DNA of 47,512 nucleotides from Rhizaria sp. SCN 62-66 (Eukaryota): NCBI GenBank assembly GCA_001724265.1, contig MEDY01000227.1, positions 1 to 47,512 of the forward strand, read 5' to 3'. Shown piece by piece: positions 37,870 to 47,512 of this stretch (position 1 is its first letter; each line of letters starts with the position of its first letter). The notes under the pieces were generated by a model. It saw only the letters and a program-made list of their open reading frames with translations, ran no database searches and was not told where the DNA came from. The position numbers and the translations under genes were made by a program.

Positions 37870-39630
37870 ATGTCTTCTGTGCAGTCGCTCTCGTTTGGCG
37901 CCGACCAGGAGATCACCGTGGCCCCTGGCCACATGTCTCAGTCGGCGCGCCGCAGTGTCAAGCACCTGCCCGCCTCGGCCTCGGCCGCCGCCACCGGCGC
38001 CGCCAGACCCGCCGACGCCGCCGCCGCCGCGCGCGCCGCTGCGAAGGAGGCGAAGCTGCGCGGCCAGGTGAAGCGGCGGCTTGAGCGCGCCGAGGTGGCC
38101 GGCTCCGAGTTCTTCCGCGGGCACGGCAACAGCGAGAAGGCCATCGACCGCGTGCGCAACCCTAAGATTCGTGGCCAGCTCAAGGAGGCGGAGAAGCTCG
38201 CGTTCGACTCAACGCTGCTGAGCAAGCGCGCGCAAGAGGTGCTGCTGCCCTCAGCCGCGGGCGGGCTCACGGCGCAGGGCATGGCCAAGACGTGGCAGTT
38301 CCGTCAGGCTGACGTCGTGGCCAACGTCCAAGAGGGCGCCAAGAAGAAGCACTTCGCGCTGTCGATGCCCGAGTTTGGGCCCTATGCGTGCGACTACACG
38401 CGCAACGGCAAGTACCTGCTGCTGGGCGGGCGCAAGGGCCACCTGGCGCTGTTCGACTGGCACAGCTTCAAGCTCAAGACGGAGATCCACGTGCGCGAGA
38501 CTGTGCGCGACGTGCAGATCCTACACAACGAGACCATGTTCGCGGTGGCGCAGAAGAAGTACGTGCACATCTACGACGACACGGGCATGGAGATCCACGT
38601 GCTGCGGCACCAGCTCGAGGTGAACCGTCTGGGCTTCCTGCCCTACCACTACCTGCTCACCTCGGTGTCGAAGCTGGGCACGCTGCGCTACCAGGACACA
38701 TCGACGGGCGCGATCGTGGCCGAGCACCGCACGCGCCTGGGCGACTGCAACGTGCTGGAGCACAACCCATCCAACGCGATTGTGCACCTTGGTCACACGA
38801 ACGGCTCCGTCACGCTGTGGGCGCCCACGGTCAGCACCCCGCTGGTGAAGCTCCAGTGCCACAACGCGCCGGTGACGGCGCTCACGGTCGACCGTGGCGG
38901 CCGCCACATGGTTACGGCGGGGCTCGACGGCGCCGTCAAGGTCTGGGACCTGCGCATGTACAAGGAGCTCCACTCGTACGCGACGGCGCGCCCCGCCAGC
39001 ACCATGGACCTGTCGCAGTCGGGGCTGCTGGCGTTCGGCTACGGGCCGCACGTGCAGGTTTGGCGCGACGCGCTGAACACCAAGCAGCCGGGGCCGTACC
39101 TCTACGAGCCTTTCTCGGGGACGCCCGTCAAGGAAGTCCGCTTCTGTCCCTACGAAGACGTGCTGGGCGTGGGCCACAGCGAGGGCTTCACGTCGCTGCT
39201 CGTGCCGGGCGCGGGCGAGGCCAACTTCGACACCTTCGAGGCCAACCCGTTCGAGAGCACGAAGCAGCGGCGCGAGAAGACGGTCAAGTCGCTGCTGGAG
39301 AAGCTGCAGCCGGACATGATCACGCTGGACAAGGGCGCTTTTACGGTCGCTACCGAGGACGAGGCCGCGGCCGCGCAGGCAGACGCGGACAAGCGCGCCA
39401 AGGAGGCCGCGCTGCCCAAGGTGGACCTGGAGAAGACGCGTCGCCGCGACAGCGACGCCAAGAAGGTGCAGCGCAAGCAGCTGGTGGCGCAGGCATCCAA
39501 GCGCGAGCTGCACCGCGAGGCCGTGCTGGCGCAGGCGGCGGCGGCCAAGGAGGCGGCCAAGGCCGAGGCCGAGCGTATGGAGAAGGAGGGCATCGTGGCT
39601 GGCACGCTCGACCGCTTCAAGCGCCGGTGA
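37870..39630 (+). CDS. WDR46: WD40/BING4CT SSU-processome protein WDR46/Utp7 (586 aa)
   Basis: FGPYACDYTRNGKYLLLGGRKGH, HNETMFAVAQKKY, FLPYHYLL, GHTNGSVTLW, and BING4CT FCPYEDVLGVGH..G..SLLVPGAGEANFD..EANPFE..KQRRE..V.SLLEKL.PDMI. Ends TGA. Confidence 0.97.
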   Translation: MSSVQSLSFGADQEITVAPGHMSQSARRSVKHLPASASAAATGAARPADAAAAARAAAKEAKLRGQVKRRLERAEVAGSEFFRGHGNSEKAIDRVRNPKIRGQLKEAEKLAFDSTLLSKRAQEVLLPSAAGGLTAQGMAKTWQFRQADVVANVQEGAKKKHFALSMPEFGPYACDYTRNGKYLLLGGRKGHLALFDWHSFKLKTEIHVRETVRDVQILHNETMFAVAQKKYVHIYDDTGMEIHVLRHQLEVNRLGFLPYHYLLTSVSKLGTLRYQDTSTGAIVAEHRTRLGDCNVLEHNPSNAIVHLGHTNGSVTLWAPTVSTPLVKLQCHNAPVTALTVDRGGRHMVTAGLDGAVKVWDLRMYKELHSYATARPASTMDLSQSGLLAFGYGPHVQVWRDALNTKQPGPYLYEPFSGTPVKEVRFCPYEDVLGVGHSEGFTSLLVPGAGEANFDTFEANPFESTKQRREKTVKSLLEKLQPDMITLDKGAFTVATEDEAAAAQADADKRAKEAALPKVDLEKTRRRDSDAKKVQRKQLVAQASKRELHREAVLAQAAAAKEAAKAEAERMEKEGIVAGTLDRFKRR

Positions 39631-40670
39631 ACGCAGGGAGCGAAGCAAAGCAAAACAAAGCTCAGATAAGCAATGAATCATAGAGCGATGGCATCACTCG
39701 TGTTTTGTTCCGAGTCTACGAGGGCCAGGATATGAGATATATTATAGATATAGCGTTAAAATACAAATACATTCGTCGATTTAGCAACAATTTGTCTCAT
39801 GTTTAACTTGTTGTTGATCGATTGTACGACTTCTGTACAATTTGCGTGTAGTACGGATACGTTGCGTGGGAAATGGATGTGTATTCTGAAAGAGGGGGTT
39901 TAAGAACTGCAAACGCGTTGATATGAAATAACCGAGTCAAATTTTTAGATATAATTAATGCGTAGATAAAAGCAATTGATGTGTGATGTGCTTTCGTGTC
40001 ACGGCTGCTTCACTTGTGGAGACAGCAGCATAGACAGAGCAGGAGCAGCAGCAACGAACGGCGACTCAGGTGAAGAGTGTTAATTCGTTCATGCGCTCGC
40101 TCCTGTCTGCAATGTGACTGTCCACGTAGCGATAAGTTATAAACAAAAGACAGTGGACGCACAGTAAAGGAGCAGTTACAGTTTGATATGATGTAAGATG
40201 GGACTGAGTAAGCTCATGTTGCTCAAACTGCTGGCAACATAAATGAAGCACACACAAGGTAAACATATAAAGAAATCAAGGGCAAAATTAATGATAAAAA
40301 AGAACAGCAATAACCTTATCATATGGTCATAGTAGAAAGATTTGGTTCTCTGCGCTGAAATAAAGCGAACGGAATTGAAGTAACAAAAAGGCTTTTAAAG
40401 AAACAAAACGGCGGAATAACTTAAAAGATATTACGTTACCACAAACAAAAAAGAAAGTAGTAATACAACGTATTCTGAACAAAAATGACAAGCATGGATA
40501 TTGCTACACTACAACCCCAGTCCTATAAAAAGACCATGGTCACAAAGCAACAACATACACAAAATCACTCACTCTAAAACATGATGAAACTAACTAACTT
40601 AACTTACTAGAAACAAGACTTATAACTTCAAGACACCAAGCTACAACTTATAGAACACGGGCCGTGTGCA

Positions 40671-40979
40671 TTACAAGTTAAGCCGTGTCAAAGCGCTTCC
40701 GGGCGCAACGACGTCGCTACTCTTCTCTTTCGCGTCGATACTCTTGAACTGAGTGTTGCTGCTGCTGACAGCAGCGCCTTCGTCTTTAGCATCGTCAGCG
40801 TCATCGTCACCGGCAGTCATGCGCTGCTGTTGCGACGGTGGTTGTTGTAGCTTGGACTGCAGTAACTGCTGCTGAGCACTAGAGCTAGAGCCGAGAACGT
40901 GCTGACTGATCGCAGCATTTGCAGTGGCATTGCTGCGAATGCTGTTACATTCGTCCTCGTCCTCGTCCTCGTCTTCGTC

Positions 40980-41010
<31 letters not shown>

Positions 41011-41857
41011 TTATTGTTGCTGTTGCCTTCGCCATTGCCACGAGCCGCCCGACGCCGCCGCCTCTTGGCCGCCGCAGCCGCACTCGCCGCCACCGCCGCA
41101 GCAGCCGCCGCCGCCGCGGAGGAGGTGTCGGCGGCGGCGGTGATGGCGTAAGGCAAGTCGTCGTGTTCGTCGTCCTCCTCGATGCGCGACCGGCGGTACT
41201 TGGACGGCGGGTCCTGGCTGCAGCGGCCGCATCCTTCGCAGCCCTCGTCGCCATGGACGTCGCTGCCCCCGCCAGCGGGACCGTGGCCGCGGCCGTGGCC
41301 GTGGGGGTGGGCAGAGCCGCCGCAGCCGTCGTCGTCGCTGTTGTCGCCAGCGATGAGACTGCGACTCTGGCTGTAGCTGTGGCGGTCGGCGGAGTTGGTG
41401 GGACTGCGCACAGTGGGTGCAACGAGACTAGTGTCGGTGTTGCCGTGCGTAGAGACGCTGCCGTGGCTGCCGAGGCTGTAGTGACGGCGGTACGGGGCTG
41501 CCATCGCAGCAACAGTGGCGGTGCTGCTGCGAGGCGTCTGCGAACGCGAATTCGTGGCACTCTGGCTCTGGCTCTGCGCTTGGCTCTGACGCTGACTCTG
41601 CGACTGAGACTGAGACTGAGCTTGGCCGTGACCGTGAGCGGGGCTGGCGACACCCGATGGCAGCGGTGGCGAAGGGATCGCCACGGTCACCGACAGCGGC
41701 GCGGAAGTTAAGCCGCACCCGCTGAGACTGGAGCTCGCACTCCTGCTCTCAGTCGCGCTTGCGGTGGTGCTCCCAGGCGCAGGCGCATGCGCAGCGCTGT
41801 TGTCGCTGTTGTTGGAGCCGTTGGAGCTGACGGAGACGCGGCCAGCAGCGGCACCAC

Positions 41858-41888
<31 letters not shown>

Positions 41889-44800
41889 CGTAACATCAGT
41901 CATACTGACGCTTGTGTTGCGGTCGACGACAGAGCTCTGAGGCGGCACATTCGCACCAGAAGTCTCACTCGACTGCGACTGGGGCTGGGACTGCTGCGGC
42001 GGGGGCTGGGCGGCGACAGGCTGCGCTCGCGGACGCTTTTTGACCGGCCGGCCGTAGAAGAGCCCTGGCTGTCGGGGGTAGCTCACCATCCCAGAAGGGG
42101 TCGTGCCCACCAGCCCCCCTCTGCCCATCGAGCTCACTGAGCCCGGAGAGCCTGAGACAGAGCCAGAGCCGGGGGATTTGAGAGAGGACACTGGCGCAAG
42201 CGAGGCGAGAGTGCTCAATGAGCCCACAGCAGTGGTTGCTTCCGTGCTCGCACTGGCGGCGCCGGCTGCAGCGCCAGTCGCGGGGCCCACAGGCGCTCCA
42301 TTTGCAGGCGCACTGGCCGTGCTCGTGTGGGCGACAGCGCCGGAGGGGGCCGAGGGCCGGTAGTACGCGTTGGGCGACGGCGGCGGCGGGGGCAGCGTGG
42401 CCAGAGTGGCGGCGCTGAAAGTCGCCACTGTTCCGGTCACATTCGCGCGATTGCCGATCGTGACGCCGCCGGCGCTGCTGCTGCCGGGGACAAACAGAGC
42501 CGGGTTCTTAGCTATACCGGTGCTGTTGCTGTTGTAGCTCGGCGGCAGCGGTGTCGCAAAGCCAGACGCAATATTTACACCCGCGCCAGCAGTACTTATG
42601 CGCTGAGGTTGTTGCCGTTGTTGTGAGGGCGCAGCCAACAGCGACGACACAGCTGCGGCGGACCCGACAGCAGCGGTCGAGCTAGTCGAACTCTCGGTGT
42701 CACGTATTCCGGTCAACGGCGCCACACGCACTCTGATGCTTCCATCACTGGCACGCTTACGACTACGACTGCGACTCCGTAGCCGTGGCCGTGGGCGTGA
42801 CAGTGCGCGCGCCTCCCGCTGCTGCTGCCTCACGGCCGCGGCGGCCTGGGCCTTGAGCGCGCGCGCGGCCGGCAGCGCCGCGGCCAGCTCGGCAACCCGC
42901 GCCCGGAAGAGCCTGGGCAGCCGGCCTGCGCGCGCGGCCGCCGCGGCAGCGACCTGCTCCTTCTCCCACGACGCGGCCTCGGGGAAGGGCAGTGCCTCGA
43001 CGCGCAGCGGCGCCGTGGCAGGCAGCGCGAGCGAGCGCCAGGGACAGGGCTGCGGGTCTTGCGCCGCGGGGACCGGGAAGAGGCGCGGGCCCAGCAGGCC
43101 GGGCGGGCGTGGCAGCGCGGCGGCGCGCGCGCGCGCGGCGGCCGTGAGCGCGGCGTCGAGCCCGGCGAAGGTGCGCAGTGGCGCGCCCGACACTGGGCAG
43201 ATGCCGAATGGGTGTGGCTCTGTGTGCGGCGAGTCGAACATGAGCGACGCGTCGGTCAACGCGGCCAGGCGGGGCGGCAGCGGCAGCGGCGCATGCGCCG
43301 GATCAGTCTCCACAGACTCTGTCGCAGGCGCCGGCGCAGGCGCAGGTGCAGGCGCAGTCGGAGTCGACACAGTCGCGGTGGCTACAGGGGTAGTCGCAGT
43401 TGTGGTTGACTCGGTGGTAGTTGCATCGCGAGACGCGGCTTGACTTCCGCTCGACGACGCGGACTGACTTGTGATGTCAGGCCGCACCCGCTGCACGCGG
43501 AGCACGCAGGCCTTGTTGTTGAAGCGCCCGCAGTAGTTGGGCGCGGACCACACCGTCACGACGCGATCCCTACAATGCAACTTTGCCCCCGCGTGCGCGA
43601 TCTGGTGCGCGCGCGCCACGAGAGCCAGCCCGTTGCGGTCCAGGAAGCGGCGCGCGGCGTCGGCGCCGTACGCCCAGCCAGCCCCGCGACGGTTGCGCTG
43701 GAAGCCCAGGATCGAGTCGTCGGGGTCGGACCAGAGAACGTCAGCGCCGAGGCCCGTGGCGGGGACCTCGGAGAAGCGGGCCCCCGCGCCCGTCTGCAGC
43801 AGGTACGACAGTGCAGTGCCCGAGCCAGTAGACTGGCTGTGAGGGGCGGGGGGATTGCGGTCGCTCTGACTGGGAGAGTGCGCGGCAGACCCCGAGCCTG
43901 CAGAGCCAGTGCCTGGGAGAGAGCCAGAGCCGGAGAGTGAGGACGCGGCTGACTGCGGCAGCATAAGGTCATCGACGCGGCCCAACTTGGGCGAGATGCC
44001 TCCGTGCACGGCGAAGACGGCGCCGCAGACGACGGCGGCCAGAGGCAGCGCGTCGAGGCAGTGCATCCACGCGTCCCACACTAGCTCGCCAGTCAGCGCG
44101 GAGCCGGCGGCAGCGGCGGCGGCGAGGACGGCCTTGGCCACGGACGCGCCGCGGTCGGTGGCGGGCGCTGGCATTGCGGTAAGTGTGGTTGACAACGACG
44201 ACGATGAGACTGGGACATCGCTAGCTAGAGTGTTCGTCGTGATTCTAGTGTTCGCAACCTCTCTAGACTCGGCGCTAGCAGGCATCTCTGCCACGGCAGC
44301 AGCAGAAACAGGAGCAGACTCGTCTCTCGAAGCAACTCTAGCATTCGCGTTACCAGTGCTACTCGTGGTGTTGTTGTTGGTGTTGGGAGCCGGGTCGGCA
44401 AAGAAGCGCGCCAGCATCGCTGACGCCGCCGACACCAGTCCGCTCACAACCCCCCCAGTAGCCTGCGACTGTGCGGATTGCGATGACTGCGTGGCGGAGG
44501 TCTGCTGCCACGCCCGCTGCGCGGCGGCGCCGCAGTCGAGCTTGGCGATGCACTCGGCGCGGAAGCCGTAGAGCGCCGATTGCTGGCGCGCCTCGTGGTT
44601 GCCGCGCAGCAGGAACACGCGCCGCGGCCACCGCAGCTTGAGCAGCGCCAGCAGGCTGATCACCTCCAGGGAGCTGGGCCCGCGGTCCACGAAGTCGCCC
44701 AGGAAGACGAAGCGCAGCGGCACCAACCGACGCCGCATGTGGCCGTGACCGTGACCGGCATCACCGCGACTGTTGCTGTGGGGGGGGCGGTGGCGGCAGC

Positions 44801-47261
44801 GGCGACTGGTACACCCATGCGTGTCACTGCTGTTGCTGCTGCTGCGGCTGCTGGGGAGGGCGACGCGGTCCCCAGGGCGGCCCGCGGTGCGGAACAGGTG
44901 CAGCAGGTCGGAGAACTGGCCGTGGATGTCGCCGACCAACACCACGGGGCATTCGTCCACGTCCAGCTCGGCGTCGGCGTCGGCGTCGGAGTCATCGTCA
45001 GTATCGGCGGCATCAGCGGTGTCGAATGCAGCGCCAGCAGCAGGAGCAGCAGCAGGAGCGTTTGTGCTGTCAGTGATGGGAGTCGTTGCCGTCTCAGTCA
45101 TAGTCTCAGTCGTAGTTGCAGACGCAGTGACGGGAGCAGTGGTGAGAGAGCTAGAGCTAGGGCTAGCGAGAGAGCTGGGGCTAGAGAGAGAGCGAGGACT
45201 AGAGATGCTCGTATTGCAACTCGCCAAGTCAGGATCGTTGGCATCAGCATGGTCCTTAGCAGCGACTGCAGCCTCCATATGGACAGCAGCCTCAATCTAG
45301 CAGAGATCGGTCATGTTTGCAGTGTTGCTGCAGACGCAGTCCGCACACTCGTTCTCAGCCTCAGCCTCAGTTTCGGCATCAGTCTCGGCATCAGTCTCGG
45401 ATTCGTATTCGGACTCCGAGTCGCCAGTATAGGCATCGTACGCAGTCGCAGTTTCAGACTCGGACTCAGACTCGGACTCGGACTCGGACTCGGAGTCGGA
45501 GCCGCTTAGGGCACAGTCACAGGCTAACTGTGTCTGCGTCTGCTGCTGCAGCTGCCCACAGTCGCTATCAACCATCGGCGCACCGGCCCCGGCACCAGCA
45601 GTGTCAACATCGGCGTTAGCCGCGCTGGGAGCACCAGCGTCAGCGCCAGCGCCAGCGCCAGTGGCGGCGGCGGCGGCGGCGGCGGCGGTGTCACCCTATT
45701 TGCGCCCCAGGCCACGGAGGCTGGCGCAAGTGCTACGGTGGCGGTGACCGTGACCGTGATTGTTATTATTATCAGCGCGGCTATTCTACGTGAGAGCGAT
45801 GGCTGCAGCAGGCGTATTCGCAGTACTTAGATCCGCGTCCACGTCAGCACTTACACACGCTGCCAGCGCGGGCACCGGCGCTCTCGACCGCGCTCTAGAA
45901 CTTAAACCGGCGCGTACCCCACCCGAGCGCTTCGACGCCCTCCTGCGCTTCCCCTGCGCCGTGCGCGCGCTGCGAGAACCCGTGCCGCGGAGAGGGACTG
46001 TGAGCACCGTGGGTTCCGCCTCGAGCGCCGCGCGCAGCCGCTTGGCCAGCGCGCAGCAGACCCAGGCCGGCAGCGGAACACCGCGCCAGGCATGGGCCAG
46101 CCAGAAGTCGACGTCCAGGAACCCGTCAGCCGCGCTCTCGCCGAGGTCGTTGCCACTGGTTGTCGAGGCAGGGTCGGCACACTCAGAGCTCTCGGCCGCT
46201 GCTGCTGCTGCTGCAGGACGGGTGTGGCTCGTGGTGCCGTCGTCGTCTGCCATCAGGAGACGCACGCCGTTGCCACTGGCACTCGCACTGCCAACGACAG
46301 CTGCCTTGGCCTAGGCCGAGGCGGCGGCCGGGACCGTGGCGATCGCGACGGCGCGGGTGGCGGCCAGCGCGGCCTGTGACAGAGACTGCGCCGGGTCGCC
46401 CAGCGGCCGCGCGGCCAGGAGGCGGGCAAAGCGCGGCGGCAGCGGCACCAGGGCCTGCTCGCTCCGGGCGGCCGCGGCGGCGGCGGCGGCGCTTTCGGTC
46501 GCCGCGGTCACAGGCGCAGGCGCAGGGGCAGCCGCAGGGGCAGGGGCAGCAGGGGCAGTCGCAGGGACAGCAAGGGGAGTGGCGGCGTCTGAGTGGGCGC
46601 CAGCAGTGACCGCGTCAGTCGCGTCGGCCTCACTGTGAACCTCAGTCATACTCCTCGCGACGCCACTGTTCTCATGGCCGTTGCTGCTGCTGCTGCTGCT
46701 GCTGTTGTCAATGCTGTCAATGCTGTTGTCGACGGCGGCGATGATCGCGCGCGCCAGCGAGGGCGGGCAGGGCACTCCCAGCAGCGCGGGCAGCGCGCGG
46801 GCCAGCCACACGGGCGCCAACACGGGACCGTGGACGCCACGCGTACCCTCACGAATACCCTCACGGGTGCGCGCAGCGGGGCGAGTGCGGTGAGTCCGGG
46901 AGCTCGCGGCACTCCTCGCGTTATTGATGATGATGTTGCTAGTGGCGTCAGAGATGGGGGGCCGGCTAGACTAATGCCGAGCAGTGCTCTCGAACGGGGG
47001 CAGCGCAGGCGTCGCCGCAGCAGCGCTCGCAGTACCGTCGGCCGCAGACGCGGCCACAGCTTCCGCCGCAGCAGCCGCCGTCTCAGTCCCAGGTCGCGAC
47101 TGCGGCTGCGAAGGCTGCGGCGACTGAGATAACGAGGGTTCGAACGCAGAGGCGCCCGCAAAGGCGGCCGAGGCGGCGGCGGCGGTCGCGGCGGTCGCGG
47201 CGGCCACGGAGGAAGCGGCTTCGGGGGCCGCGGCGGCGGGGAAGAGGGGCGGCGACGGCAT
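40671..47261 (-). CDS. Giant PPP-family Ser/Thr protein phosphatase (PP2A/PP4/PP6-like core), 2196 codons if the 5 in-frame TAG are read as sense
   Basis: Catalytic motifs GDIHGQ, GDFVDRG, LRGNHE, HGGISP, DVLWSDP, RGAG, RAHQ and TVWSAPNYC all lie in 40671..45278. Track ORFs 45297..45575, 45786..46265, 46311..46823 and 46971..47261 are in the same frame. I translated the gaps by hand and found only TAG (45297, 45696, 45786, 46311, 46971). The PPP N-terminal helices (LDVDFWL...PLPAW...L...LEAEPTVLTV) sit at ~45990-46120. The frame is closed upstream by TGA 47271-47273 and ends TAA. The family call is secure; the 5' extent is less so. Confidence 0.82.
45455..45500 (-). repeat. Hexanucleotide tandem repeat (TCCGAG/TCTGAG)n encoding SESESE within the phosphatase insertion
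   Basis: Plus strand reads cagactcggactcagactcggactcggactcggactcggagtcgga, in frame with the phosphatase between TAG 45696 and TAG 45297. Confidence 0.85.
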
Positions 47262-47512
47262 CTTTGTCAGTCAACGGCTCAACGACTCAGTTCAGTCAAG
47301 GCGACTCAGTAACTCAGAGTGGCGCAGAGCGAGACAGTGGCGCAGTGATCGGGAGATAAGAGTGACAGAGGTACGCTATTACAGAACAGCAGCGTTTTCT
47401 TTATCTCGCTCGGAAGGATGCTGCGCGTGCTGGCACAAGTTATGGCGGCGACTGTGGCGGCTGCGGGTGCGTTTCGACAGTTGCGGCGGCGAGGGGGTGG
47501 GCGCGGGGGGGC

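Noticed and set aside
16580-46973. Pyrrolysine, selenocysteine or classic programmed readthrough as the cause of the in-frame stops
   Set aside because: Sec uses UGA. Pyl is not known in eukaryotic nuclei, and no pyl genes are present. Tandem and multiple TAGs per gene with no TAG-C or CARYYA context are incompatible with low-efficiency readthrough.
307-47274. Many long antisense or alternative-frame ORFs (e.g. 5524..7641, 22850..24496, 25622..27034, 29877..31115, 38388..39683, 38521..39681)
   Set aside because: They overlap well-supported genes, show no recognisable motifs, and are the expected shadows of very GC-rich, GC3-biased, triplet-repeat coding sequence.
47262-47512. GC-rich window end as a possible upstream exon of the phosphatase or start of another gene
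   Set aside because: The phosphatase frame is closed by TGA at 47271-47273, the potential acceptor (CTGACAAAG|ATG) is non-standard, and too little sequence remains to support a call.

Overview
Compact, nearly intronless nuclear DNA from an unidentified microbial eukaryote, with very GC-rich coding sequence and short AT-rich spacers. It holds nine protein genes: the 3' part of a giant Fab1/PIKfyve lipid kinase (+), a Crinkler/RHS-type P-loop NTPase (+), a mitochondrial-type CDF metal transporter (-), a TTC23-like TPR protein (+), DDX54/DBP10 (-), RRP42 (+, one intron), NAE1/ULA1 (-), WDR46/UTP7 (+) and a giant PPP-family Ser/Thr phosphatase (-). Many proteins are inflated by Ala/Ser/Asn/Gln low-complexity insertions inside conserved domains. 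The main finding is that two genes which the ORF track shows as fragments are single unbroken reading frames interrupted only by TAG (4 in the NTPase, 5 in the phosphatase; no in-frame TAA, TGA or frameshift). All nine predicted gene ends use TAA or TGA. This points to a variant nuclear code or conditional recoding in which UAG is a sense codon (Gln or Leu) while UAA and UGA stay stops. Pseudogene and intron explanations remain untested. Secondary findings are splice acceptors just upstream of most start codons, near-strict strand alternation, and TACATGTA palindromes in convergent spacers.
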